DNA from: Microbotryum violaceum
Lineage: Eukaryota
NCBI GenBank assembly: GCA_001244265.2
Contig: CDLV01000008.1
Location: forward strand, 930,001 to 994,000
Length of the DNA: 64,000 bases
Direction of reading: 5' to 3'
Below, piece after piece: positions 51,557 to 64,000 of the stretch. The number at the start of each line of letters is the position of its first letter. Position 1 is the first letter of the stretch. The notes under the pieces were generated by a model. It worked only from the letters and a program-made list of their open reading frames with translations. It did not search any database and was not told the DNA's origin. The translations under genes were made by a program, and so were the position numbers.

Positions 51557-54522
51557 ATGTTTTACAAAAGATGCGGTAACCACCTCCTACTTGTCTATCT
51601 GGCGACACTGAGTACGGGAATCCCCTACCGAAGCTCCCCAAGCGGATCTACGTCTCAAACACCCGGAGCAGAGCACCAGCATCGAGCCTCAACCAACTCC
51701 ACCACTTCCTCCAACTTCATCCCGATCAACCCTTTTAGCACACCCGATGTGCTCGCGGGCAAGACCTTCGACTATGTCATCGTAGGGTAAGCACAACCTC
51801 TTCTGATACATCATGCTCTCCGTGCGAGGCAGAACAAAGGCCTCCGCCGTCGCAAGCGTCAACTGATGTCCTGACCCTCTCTACCTCCTATACCCCACCG
51901 GTCATCCTTTTCTTACCCTTGCCGCTCGGTTCTCTTTCTCCCCTCCCCCGGTTCCTGACCCCAGAGGAGGGACGACAGGTCTGGTCCTAGCTTCACGTTT
52001 ATCGAAAGATGCTTCAAAACGGGTCGCGGTGATCGAGGCGGGCAAAGATGGTGGTGAAGTGATGCATGATCATATCTTGCCTCCTGGTCAGTTCTTCCCA
52101 GGCCGGCCCAAGCTTGGAACACTTCTCTCGTTTTCACTTACGCCGTTGGACCTCTCTGATGGGCGTAACGTTACTCTCTCGTTCGGGTTAAACAGCTCGA
52201 GCATACCTCAATACCCTTTCGACCCCAACTTCGGACTATGATTGGCATTACCAAACAACTCCTCAGCGCGGGCTCAACGGTCGACAAGTTTTCTTGCCAA
52301 GGTGGGTGCGATCGATCGGGACGGGCTCGGATGGGTTCCCCTCTTACTCATGCAATCATGCTCGCGCATCGCAGAGGTAAAGTCCTAGGTGGATCGAGTG
52401 CGGTCAATCAGCTCTACATGGTGCAACAGAGCAAGATCGAGCAAGACGCCTGGGCCGATCAGGTCGGAACCGAAGATTGGTCATGGAATACGCTCTATCC
52501 TTACCTGAAGAGTGAGTGATGTGACCCACACACGTGGACCTCTTTTTAGCCACCTGGGGACTGATTGGGAGCCCTGGAATGTCTTCTACAGAGACTGAGA
52601 ACTATTCGGCACCTTTGCACATCGACGAGACCAAGATGCTCGTGGATGAAAACGTGCATGGCAAGGGAGGGCCGATTCATTATTCCTACCCAGGTTACAA
52701 CTACCCTTCTTTGAACACTTGGATCGACACCCTCGGACATCTGGGCGTCGAATCACGCGATCCGGGAGGTGGGGATAAGTGAGAGCGAGCCGGTGGGCTT
52801 TTACTTCTAAGAGAAGAGGGATAGTTGACCTCCTGTGCTGTGCTACTTCTCACCCACCAGCTATGGAGCCTTCATCGCCACCTCCTCCATCAACCCGAAT
52901 GGTTGGGAACGTTCCTATGCCAAGAACGGCTACCTCGACCCCGTTGCCGATCGTCCTCATCTCGTCGTGCTCACGGGTCATCAAGTGACCAGGATCAACT
53001 TCAATGGTGCGACTGCCACCAGTGTCTCCTTCGCTTCTGGGGCAAACAAAACGGTCTACACCGTCTCGGCGACGAAGGAGATCATCCTCTGTGCCGGAGC
53101 GATCGGAACACCTCAACTGCTACTCGTCTCCGGCGTCGGGCCTAGGTCTCAACTAGAAGCGCTCCATATTCCCGTCGTGATGAATCTGCCCGGCGTCGGA
53201 AAACATCTTCGTGATCATATTTCGGGAAGTCTGGATTTCGACGTTACCGGTCGAGTGGACGTGACTGCGGATCTGCTTGAGAGGAATGCGACGCTCGCTG
53301 CGCAGCAGATGACAATGTGGCAGTTGTGGGATCCTAGCTCGCTATACAATGCCCCGGACAATGCTCTCGCTTACTTGAACCTCACAGTGAGTTGACCGAT
53401 CATCGTAGCTCACCGCTCGGATTCGAGCTCACAAGTTCGGGCCATCGCAGACCCTGCTCGGAACCGACAATACGGAAGCGTTTCTCTCGCAACTCAGAGA
53501 ATACAAACCGATCGCCGTCGCTGGTTACTCTAATGATGGATCTGTTCAAAAAGGGTACGATGCGGCCTATGACTCTGAGGTGAATAGCATTTATCCTTCG
53601 GTCATAGGCCAGGCAGAACTTGCGTTGAGGTGAGCTGTCCATCCCAACGTTTTTGAGCCCGGTCTTCGTACTAAAAGTTCCGTTCGGTCTTCCGCAGAAA
53701 CACTGGAACTGGCAAGTAACACCAATCGTATGCGAATTCCAACGCGAAATCACTGATTTGAGCTCAATATCGTGCCAGGCGGTATCTACGGCAATTCCAC
53801 CCTGACCCTCTCCCTCCAAGCCTCCTTACAACACCCCCTATCCCGCGGATCGATCACCATCAACTCGACGTCGACCTTCTCACCCCCCGTCATTGATCCC
53901 GGTTACCTCACTCACCCAGGGGACATCCAAGTCCTCCGAGAAGCGTTCAAGTTCGCTCGTAAGGTTTCTCAGACCCCTCCGTTGTCGACTCTGGTGGTGA
54001 CAGAAATCACACCTGGTCCGGGGAGCGTTTCGAGTGATGACGAGTGGGAGGATTGGATCCGTGAGCACTTGCTTAGACTGATCCCCTTTTCTATAACCAT
54101 GACGCATCTAACGTATCCTCAAATGTCCAGGCAAGTCCACTACCACCTCCCACCACCCCACCTCCACCTGTTCCATGCTCCCCCTTTCCCTCGGAGGTGT
54201 AGTCGACCCCTCTCTCCGAGTCTACAACCTCATCGGCCTGCGGATCGTAGACGCCTCCGCTATACCCATATCCATGTCCGCTCAACCTACGGCACCCTTG
54301 TACGGTCTTGCGGAGAGAGCGAGTGAGTTGATTCTCAATACGGCTTGGGTCACCGTTGGATCGGAAGCTGCGTCGACGAGGAGTAAAAGTTCGGGCGCGA
54401 CGCCATCGTCGACATTGAAGGGTAAAACGTCCAAATTCTCGGGAGGTACTTCTTTCAAGGTTGTTGGACTTCATCGATTGCTCTACACTCTCGTGGCGTT
54501 CGTGATAGCTTTAATCGTGTGA
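51557..54522 (+). CDS. Secreted GMC oxidoreductase with hydrophobic C-terminal tail
   Basis: FDYVIVG/GGTTG FAD motif, GKVLGGSSAVN, EIILCAGAIGTPQLLLVSGVG, HPTSTCSM and GGVVD...LRIVDAS. Signal-like N-terminus. Confidence 0.9.
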
Positions 54523-55033
54523 TCGATCGGAGTCGCTATTTTCTAGAAACTATCGCCTTGCTTGGCCTCTTCTTTCTTTCTCCTCATTCTTGCCCTGAAA
54601 TGAAAAGAAAACCGTCGTATCACCCTTTTTAATTGCTCCCCATTCTTGCATGAAATGAAAAGAAACCCGTCGTCAGATTCTTCTCATTTCTCTCAACGGA
54701 TCCAAACCGCAACATGTGCGCAAAAAAGTTCGATCAAACCCACACCACTAGGAGGTTCCATTGTGTCGGCCAAAATATCAAGTTGGGACAGAGATTATCA
54801 AAGAGCCCTACAAAACAAGGAGAGGAAGAGTAAAAGACAAGGGAGGGGAAAGACGGTGCTATTGACGAGGACTAGGTACGATGTGGCCGGTCAAGGTGCG
54901 TACGCAGGTTCTGGAAGGGTAAGAAGCGACGTCGCACGAGCGTCAGATCCAAGACTCCATATCCTGGACGAAAGCCGGACTTGGGATGCAGACCAACATT
55001 TGAAATAATTGATGTGATCGAACGATCTCATAC

Positions 55034-57249
55034 TCAAGCGGCGGGAGCAGCGACGTTGGAAGCTTGAGCGAGGTAGTCGGACATCTCGGCATCGAGCGAT
55101 TCGACGGTCGGCTTGGCGCGACGTTCGCCCGATCGACCACCTCGACCACGTCCTCGACCACCGGTCGCGCGGGTTTGTTGACGAGCGGCACCGGAAGCTC
55201 CCGAGGCGGCGGCGACGGTTCTGTTTGCGAGACGCAAGCGCGAATGAAGCCAGCGGACACGCGCCATGTCAACAAATGGCTTCAAAACGGGGAAGAGATC
55301 ACGAAGGACGGCGCAAAACTGACGAGGAAGCGACACGGGTTTTAGGCGGGGCGGCAGGGGCGGCACCGAGACGGCTCGTGAGCGGTTGAGGAGGAACTCG
55401 GTTAGGGTCGACGATGATCTCGACTTTCAAAGGACGGCCTGTTGACGACACGTGTTGGATGGTAGAATAACGAGGGAAGAAGTAGAGGTCGAGGGTGGAG
55501 GTGATGAGGAGCGGACGGAGGAAGAAGAAGGTAGTTTGGTTGGGTCAGACGACGTGGTACAAAAGTAACGACTGCGCTGTTTCGATCGCGAGCCGCTCTT
55601 GTGAGGCGAGTGCGCAAATTGTAGAACAGAAATCTTGGTGGAACGGTGATACGAGCCGGCCTGAGACCTCGATCCGCGAGGCCGGCGCCTCCTCGAGACC
55701 GCTACGACACCCCTTTCGGCGAGGCCACGACCACCGCGGCCGTCGAACCGCAGACCGTCCACCTCGAGCGGACAACGGACGACGTTGAGCGAGCTGTGAG
55801 GATCAAGGCAAGAGGAGTCTAGGCACGCCGTCCGTGAAACGGAACGGTCATCGTGCGTCATCGCCGGTCAACCGTCGACAGGTGCACGAACGACGAGCAG
55901 GGTTCTCATATCGGTGCGGTAGTCAGAGACGGGACAAGGAGTGCGGCGTCACGTGAAGCATCTCAACCTCTGAAACACCCCTCGACTGAGTGACAGCGCC
56001 GAACCGAGTCCTCGTGACGGGATCCTCGACGGGCCTTTGGGATCATGGGGTGGAGGGAGACGCGGACGGCCTGGACCACTCGGCGGAAAGTATGGACGAG
56101 GATCCCTCGGCGATCGATCGAGCGAGCGTGTGGGCTTTGTAGCGGCGACGTCTTTGAGGGGCTTTCGATGTGGCAAGCTTGGGGACGCGATGCGAATCAT
56201 GTGCACACCCTCGGACGGCCTGGCCTCGGTTGTTCATTCGTGTCTGATCAAGCCATCAAGAGCAACCCAGGAGGGATCGGACCTCTTGGCGCTCTGCGGG
56301 GTCGGGATCCTGAAGCACACTGCTCATTGCTGCAGCAAGCCGGGGTGATGTGGAAAAAATGACCGGCTCCAAAGGGCATGTGCATCATCATCGGATGGTG
56401 CGTACGTGCGGCGCGTTAGAATGAGCACTGGTCCACTCGAGTGCAGGACGATCCCTCCGATCGTGTCTCGAACGGACGAGATGCGGCGAGCAAGCGAACG
56501 GCGGCGTATCGAGCACGCGGTGTCATGCATCCACCTGAAGACGGAGTGCCCTCAACGGGAGGGCAACGCGGAAAGAAGGGGAGAACAAGAACGGTCAAGT
56601 AAAGAACGAAAAAAGATGAAACCCACTGTTGTCGATAAGGCGCTTGTTGTACTGCTGGAATGCCTTGGTCGCATCGGCGGCCTTCCTGAAGTGGATCGTC
56701 GCAGTGCCCTTGCTCCGTCCCTGGGCGTCGTATGCCATCGATGCGGAGATGATAGGACCGACGGTCGAAGTAAACAGTTCTCGAACCTGTTGCTCGTTGA
56801 CGTCCGTAGGCAAGTTGCTGATCACGATCTTATCCCCAATGCCCTGGATCCCTGCGGTGGCCGAAGCGCCGGGGTTGTTGTGGGCAGCGGCGGCGGCGTG
56901 CTGTTGCGCTCGAGGGCCACGCGCGCCTGCGGCCTGCTGCTGTGCCGGGGCGGCGTTGGCAGCTCGGGGTGCTCGGGGCGCGCCTCGAGGCTTGCTAGGT
57001 CGGCTCTTCTTCTTGGTCGCGATGATCTCGTCGAGGGGCTTGTCCAAGTTCTGTATGTATGTAGACAAGTAGGGTGCGATAGGTGAGGTGTGAAGGGTGG
57101 TGGTGGCGATGGGTGGTGCAAGTGGGTGGCAAGCGGAACACATGGGTCTTCCCTCAAGTCAGCCAAGCCGCGCCAAGTGCCCGTTGCTAGTACGACGACC
57201 AAGCCCACACGACGAATGCATTCGGAGTGGCACTGACCATGGTCGACAT
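55034..57249 (-). CDS. YRA1: mRNA export adaptor Yra1/Mlo3/ALYREF
   Basis: N-box LDKPLDEII, RRM (KIVISNLP...GRSKGTATIHF...IDN^SRPLKVEI) and C-box SLDAEMSDY. Contains a 1188-nt intron at 55439-56626. Confidence 0.92.
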
Positions 57250-57684
57250 GTTGTTTCGTGAATGGAGTGAAGGGTAGAGGTGGTGCGGGAAGGTCTTGGG
57301 GGGGGGAGCGGGGAGGGAGGTGGGAGCAAGAGGGTTAACCGCCACGCGCGTGGCCAGGCGTGGCCCACCCGCCACCCAAATCGGTGGTCGCACTAGTGTC
57401 GCACTCTGTCACCTGTCACACTTGGCCGTCAATTCAGGCACAAGCACGCGTGCAATAATGGCTCATTAGCAATTCCGAACAAAGGGCCGGGCCGCGTGGC
57501 CACCCAGCCTGTGCCCGTGGTTGCAACAGACTGATACGACCATGTGTTTGATATCTAAATAAATTTTCACTATCCAGAAATGCGTGCAAACCTTGCTGAG
57601 CAGGTAAGGTCTCAGAGACATCCCCAACTATCCAATTTCCGCCCCGTCCGATTAGTACCTCTTCGCTCCTCTTCGCTCCTCCTC

Positions 57685-59374
57685 CTACTCATCCACAATG
57701 ATACACCATCGCTCAAAGTCCACCAAGAAATCCCTAACCAACTTCTTCTTGACATCGACCCTCCTAGCCCCTTGAGGCGTGAACGAATACTCTGCAAAAT
57801 ACCCACTACTCGCCTCACTCGTATCCTGCGTTACGCAGACCGCCTCCTTCAAAGTCGGTAACCCTTTACCCAGGCTATGCAACGTCGAGTATTCGAGTCG
57901 GAGTTGATTAGGTCGTTCTTCTTCTTCTCCTTCGTCGGAAGTTCGTGCGATGCGAGGTGCGGGTGGCGAACGACGATCCCAGGCGAAGAATTCGATTCGC
58001 TTCAGCTTCTTCAGTTCATCGACGTAGTCCTGCAACGCGCTTGGCCAGTACACGGAAGAGGACGCGTCCCCATGAATCAAGGTCAACGCCCGCAGTTGGG
58101 GTGTATAGTGGGCGATGTCGGCGATCAATCGAGGTTTCGCTTCGCGGAGATGGAAGAGGGCTAGTCGTTGAAGTTTGGGTAAATGGGAGAGCGATTCGAG
58201 CAGGATTTGTCGGCGTGGCAACGATTGACGTCCCTCAAGGAACAGTTCTTCTAGTGGGAGCGTTTGGTATTCCGACATGTCCTGTAAGCAATCAACATAA
58301 CCCAAAGCATGGCAGCAACTAGTCAGCGCTCCTGACCAAGAAGAAGATGATCCTCCACTGTGAGGAACCGACCTCGAAAGCTTCAGCGAGCGCATCGAAA
58401 ACGCCCGGCTCGCCGACAGAATCCAACGAAAGGAGTCGCAATTGAGGCAAAAGTCGAACTATGAAGGGAGTGAGAGAGCCGAATTGACGCGACCCGGGCC
58501 ATAACAGCAACGAGTGGAGATCGGTCATGCAGCCCACCAGCTGCAGCTGATTTGCACAGAACAAGCTGGGGTCAGGGAGAGATCCCGTTAGCCCACCTAA
58601 ACCGCGATGCTTGGAACTCACCAGCTTAGGACTGCCATGCATAATCTGCAATGTCCTGAGAGGCGGAAGAGGTCCCATCATCTGATCGAAGAAATCCAGT
58701 GCCCTGCTCTGATTATGGATCGTGACCGAGTGGAGCCTCAACGCGCTCAATTTGGGCAGGTACAAGATATCCAAAATCAACGACCTGCCCAACTCTTGGC
58801 CAACAACGACGGCTTTGAGGAATATGACTTGGATCTGTCGACCATGGTCATTGAGGATATCGCACAACGCTTGCACGTCCGGTTCAGCCGCGATCGAGTC
58901 GTCCCCGAACTCGCCGTCGTCGTAACCGGTATAACTCAGAGCCTTGATCTTGATCGGACCCCGTGTACTCTCTTTCGCTTCTTGCATCAACTCCAAAAGG
59001 GAACGCATCCTTCGTGCCTTCCATCTGGTCACTCGAGCCGCGTATTCCCGAGCAGCTTCCACGTCTTCGATCACTTGTCGAGGTCGTCGACTCGGTGGGC
59101 GGATCGATTGAGGTTCCCAGTTGACCGATCGCCAGATCAAAGGTCGACACAACGTATGGAGGTAAACTGAAGTCTCGGAGAGACAGAGAAGCTCTCGAGA
59201 AGGCCCGCAAGGGAAGGTTGGCGAAATGGCGCGAGTGCCGACGTCGACGCTCTTGATCACACACAGGAGGATTTCGGGTGGTAGTTGCAGGATCGGGAAC
59301 ACCGCAGGCTGAGGCTCTTTGTCCGGAAGTTGTCCTGGTAGTGATGGTTGTGGTGAAGGCGCCGGGAAAGCCAT
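57685..59374 (-). CDS. F-box-like protein with LRR-like repeats
   Basis: N-terminal ILQLPPEILLCVI, repeated LxxLxL motifs, 3 probable exons. Confidence 0.7.
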
Positions 59375-60439
59375 TCTGAGGAAATTGAAGCCGGACTCCG
59401 CAGAGCGCTCGAAGTGAGGTGAGGTGGCAGAAAGAGAGAGTGAAGGGCCAGCCGGAGCACAGGGAGGCTGACTCAGGCTGAGGGAGAGGTCAGGAGGTCA
59501 GGAGATTAATCCTCGTATGATACAACGCCACTGCTACTGTGGTACTCAGAAACCCATTAAATCTGACCTTTTGAATTGTGCAGGCCAACATCAGTGTAGC
59601 GGCAGCACGTTCCCAACTTAAACGCTTCGAGTCGACGATGTGAGTTACAGACGAGGTTAGCGGCAGCGGCGGCAGAAATCGCCATGACAAGTCACCCGGC
59701 CTCGGGCGATCATGATCAATCAGGTCAACGACAGCCGCTTCTGACAGATATCTCATCGAAAGAGCGCTTGCGGGTAAATTAAGTACTTCGATGTCTCAGG
59801 GGTCTACTAGCAACGATTTTGCACGCGTCAGAAATGCACACGGAGGGCCGGGCCGGACGGGAGAGATTCGGCTAAAGTCGGCTCTCGGGAGGGAGAGGAG
59901 GTGATTATGAACGGGCTCTTCACTTTTGCGTGGTGAAGACTCGGAAACCAAAAAGAAATGGTGGGAAAAGTAGAGCAGGATTCGGACGGAGCACCGGGCC
60001 GGACGAAGAAATGGCGGGAAAAGCGGCGAACCGAGGGTTTGAGGCAGTCAAGGGGAAGGAACGCTAGGAAGGGGTAATGACTAGGGTGACGCCTCGAGGT
60101 AAGCTCTTCTCTGTTCACAGGTAGACCACTTCTAGGACCCAAATCAGCATCTAAGCTAGCTCTCCCTTTCTGCGTGTTTCAAGTCTCGTTCGACATCGTT
60201 CTTCAGTCTCCAGTCCAATCGTCTCGTTTTTGAACTCGGCCTCGTTTTTGCGGTTTCGCCTCGTTCAGTCTTTTCAACAGTTCATGAATCCAGCCACACA
60301 TGGTTGTACCCAAATTCATATAGTCGGGAGACGTGCCACTGCTATCCCTCGATTAGTGTGACAGATCATCCACAACAGACAGTCGATCCAAAATAATCAC
60401 AACAAATGAGTCTATAGTGCGGGGAGATGCGTGGGAGAT

Positions 60440-61654
60440 TCAACTCACTCGAGCACCGCGACCCTCTGAAATAGAGCCGACAACTTCGGGGATGATGCCA
60501 CCTGAGGCAAGCATCGATAGGCATCTCGAAGACGTCGCTGGCGTTGAATATGGACCGGTCGCTACTCTAACCGTGACGGGAGCGGTAGGCTCTGGCGGGG
60601 AAGTCGAAGAATTGCACGGCGTTATTTGCCGTCCTGTTTGAGGGGAAAGCAGGTGATGAGTGCGTGCACTCTTCGAGCTCGATGGAAAGAGAGTACTCAC
60701 TCCCAAGGGATCAGATACGCATGATTACTGGAGGAGTAGACTGTTCGGCCCGTGGTCAGGGTCCGTCGTGCCGAGCTCTTCTCCGATCTGCGAGCGGCGG
60801 AGGGCGACAGGGGCGACAGCGACGGGTCAGCAGTCAGCGCGTCAGCGCCCAGCTCGGCGAAGCTGTGCAGCAAGACGACGGGAGTACACCTCTCCCGGCT
60901 TGAGTGGACAGGACTCGTGTCTAGGCGATTCGTTGGAATGATGTGGCTAGTCACACAGTATGGACATTTTGCGCCAGTGATGAGACATCAATCGTCACGT
61001 TTCCAGTGCAGAGCAGTCTTGAACCGAGATTACTGCCGCTCGACGATCGATGTAAAGAAGGGGGATCACCTTCGTCGTCGGAAATTCGGGCCACAGCTCT
61101 TCGATGAATAGCCAGCAGTTACAGCGAGTCGGAATCCCACGTGCAGGTTTCCAGTGATGCTTAAATTCTGTACTCTCTCCAGCTGTAACTGTCGCTGTCG
61201 CTGTCGCTGTCACTGTCACTATCGTGGTATCGTTTTCCAACGTGTCGGACCAGAAGCAGAATGAGGACGGGGTACGGTCCTCGTGCTTGCTGAAAGTTGG
61301 CCGGATGGAGAGTGTGAAAGGCAAGGCATCTTTGAGCTGCGCCAAGTCCGAGTGAGAAAATAGCACTATGACACCGATGAGACCAACTCTGAGATGGCCG
61401 TCATCACCATCCGGAACAAAGGTAAAAGTCCCCCGCTCTGGCGGAGTCGTCCAGAGTCCGATCGGAGTTCTCCACTCGACGCGCAGGTGATTGAGCTGTT
61501 GTACAGACACCTGTACGGACGTGGATCGAATCGGGCGTGGGATTGGATTGATTGAGCCAGTTGAATGGAATTGTCGCGATCCCCGTCGACGCGCTCGTCG
61601 AATACTATTGCAATGCCCTTGATGATGATTGTCTCGTCCGGTCCTCGGACTCAA
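60440..61654 (-). CDS. Possible hypothetical spliced gene, boundaries uncertain
   Basis: ORFs 60995-61654 and 60440-60706 have Thr/Ala-rich segments. No motif recognised. Confidence 0.3.
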
Positions 61655-61943
61655 GTAGTTTAAGAAAGCCGGCGTTGGTGTGTTGCATATACTTGATGAT
61701 CAATGCGTCCGACAGATGGCTGATTGGAGCAAATTTCGGAAGAGAGAAGACGATCTCGTAGTCTTGAGGTAGTGGAAACGAGAGTGGCGCAAAATTCGAT
61801 TATGTCGAGCAGTGCCGACGACCTTTTGCAGTGGGAATTCTCACAGATTCTCACCCCGCTCAAAGCCCCAAGCGCGCGCACCCCAGCGTATAGCCCATCT
61901 CTTGCCCTCCGCACCCCACATCGGACCCGTCGACCACTCCACC

Positions 61944-62570
61944 ATGACCGATCCCCTCGAGTCCTCTACCAAGGCCACCACCCTTTCAGAGCCCCAAATC
62001 GAAGCCACGTCCCCGAGCTCGAAAGCCACATCCTCACCTCCCAAGAAACCGGCCCCAGTCGTCGAAGCCGATGAAGACGAGGACGATGATTCGGACGATT
62101 ACGATTCGGATGAGTATACGGATGATGATGGGGATGCGGGGCCTGGTTTGGGCTTTTTGGTTGGTGAGGTGAGTACCGTGGCGGGTTTGGCGATCGGTGT
62201 GATCTGGAAGCTGGATGGGGTAGGGTGGGGAGTGAATGGGGTGGGGTGGGGCCCCTGGATTGGCAGCTGCTTGGAAGACGGAAGTGCTGACGTGGCTTTT
62301 CCACGAGATCACGGAGCACGGAGCACTTGATTGGATGAAGAACTGATCAGGATATCTCGGATCCCACCACAGGACGCTGAGGACTCTGAAGACGACGAAG
62401 ACTGGCAAGCCGGCCCCGACGACTCGGAGGTCGAAGACGAACCCTTGGCCGACGACGATGACGACGATGACAATGCCGCCGCCGCAACGACCGGCAAGGA
62501 CAATGGAGCGGCTGCGGCTGCGGAGGAGGAGGAGACACCGAGAAAGAGGAGACGAGTTGCTGTCGAGTAG
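61944..62570 (+). CDS. Small highly acidic protein with C-terminal NLS-like motif
   Basis: MTDPLESS exon, intron at about 62169-62371, Asp/Glu-rich exon 2 ending PRKRRRVAVE*. Confidence 0.7.
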
Positions 62571-62847
62571 ATCGGCGGTGATCATTTGACCCGACGGAGG
62601 TAGACTTCCATTGTCTTGGGTCCCCTGCTAGACAGCCGACTATAGTAGCCGACACGCTTTTGGCTCCGATGTGACGTTGTGATAGATGAACCAAAGCTTT
62701 CCCATGACGTAGTACCACTCCTGCTTGTACTGCTCCAACACAATCACGCTTTGGCGAGTGTCTGCCAGAAACAGCTCGATCGAGTCTAGGCTGAACGAAA
62801 GAAATGCAAATACATACACAAAGGACATATGCACTAGCACACCTACA

Positions 62848-63954
62848 TCACCCAAAAAGGTACCACAGCAAACACAATACACATACACCCACGACCGAGC
62901 CCATGATGACCGAGTCTCGCCTCTTCCGAGAGTTGATCATCCCAATCACCGAGTTGAGCATCGGTACTTGAGCTGAGCGAGGGAAGATGTCAGGTGAGAG
63001 TAACGAGTGATGCGACTTTTTTTTGTAGAGTAGACTGACCTGCTACTCCATTCATGCGAGCCTGAATGCCCGTCAGTCCGGATCGTTGTGCCGCAAACTC
63101 TTGCCGAGTCGCGTACGCTTGACTGCAAGTCGATATACCGTTCCCCAAGAAGGACCCGTGAGCCAACTAGCTGGCTCATGAGATCACGAGAGGCTATGTC
63201 GACACTCACTTGAGAGTATGCTCGGCCATGCGGTGCGAGTTGTCGATGTGCCCTCGTTCTTGCAGCAATCGATCGGTGACGGAAGAGTTGGTCGACGTTT
63301 TGAACGCGCTGGATCGGATCGCGCGCGTCGGCGTGTGACGTGTCAGAGTCGACTTGTATCGCACCTCGAGCTCGAGACGGGGAGCGATTAGTTTTGCTCA
63401 CCTGATTTCGTCTCGTACAGAACCTAGTAGGTTCGCTCGTTGCTCGGCATCCCTCAAATTTGTCTGTTGGGAGGAGGCGTGGGGCGACGTTCTCAGCTCA
63501 GAAGTTGATGTGTTCCTCAGGCTTGGGCGGGGCGGACGCGTACTTTTGTCCTGGCAAAGTCCTTCCGGTACTCGATCAAGACCTCCCGGTGACGTTCCAA
63601 AGCATGGGTCTGGGTCGCTGAAGGGGGTGGATGTGCTGTCGCGTACAAGCTGGCCAAGCGTTCGATCTGGGCGGTGAACTGTAGGCAGGAGGTCACGTGC
63701 GAGTCGACGATCACAGCTCAGCTCGGACAGAGCACCGACACGACCGCTCGAGAGCGCCGAAGCAAGCTACGCACCGTCTCCAACGAGTGCTCAATCTCGG
63801 TCTCGAGCTCGGTCTTGCGCTGGGCGAGGTCGTCGTTGAGCAAGCCGGACGACGAATAGTTGGTGCTCGTCTGTTGCGCCAAACGACTGTAACGGGTCAG
63901 GAGGGAAGAGACGTGGGCTGTGGTGGTGTGCAGATCTCGCTTGACGGCGTCCAT
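62848..63954 (-). CDS. GOS1: Golgi Qb-SNARE Gos1/GOSR1
   Basis: LERHREVLIEY, RANLLGSVR, LLQERGHIDNSH, AYATR and RKRRDSVIMG, followed by a C-terminal TM segment. Stop at 62848-62850. Confidence 0.9.
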
Positions 63955-64000
63955 GGTGGCGAGGTGCGGTGGGTGGGGGGTCGCTCTGCGGGGCTTGATC

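Noticed and set aside
56200-56400. C/D snoRNA in the YRA1 intron (ATGATGA near 56390 on the - strand)
   Set aside because: No CTGA D box at a suitable distance.
12709-57249. Functional cluster of RNA-processing genes (SPF45, LAMMER kinase, BRR2, YRA1)
   Set aside because: Interspersed with unrelated genes and no shared regulatory motif seen, so chance is sufficient.
60180-60270. CTCGTT repeats resembling those at 19017-19052
   Set aside because: Motif too short and no flanking similarity or termini found.

Overview
Intron-rich fungal genomic DNA. Short GT-AG introns, about 55% GC and the gene and TE content suggest a basidiomycete, probably Microbotryum-like Pucciniomycotina (inference). 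Recognisable host genes: a protein tyrosine phosphatase, an HSL-type alpha/beta hydrolase, SPF45-like splicing factor, dolichol kinase, Zn2Cys6 transcription factor, LAMMER kinase, BRR2, methylmalonate-semialdehyde dehydrogenase, a secreted GMC oxidoreductase, YRA1/ALY, an F-box-like protein and GOS1, plus several hypotheticals. The most striking region is 18.7-28.2 kb. It holds an internally deleted Helitron whose terminal signals appear to run opposite to its RepHel ORF. Inserted into it is a 6.57-kb DNA transposon (21011-27582) with ~33-bp TIRs, a perfect 8-bp TSD and subterminal repeats. This element encodes a spliced, frameshifted protein that joins an Ulp1/C48 protease domain to a P-element-like DDE transposase. 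Also present: two short non-autonomous TIR elements and an apparent poison-exon arrangement in the long YRA1 intron. Gene coordinates are spans that include introns and were read by eye.
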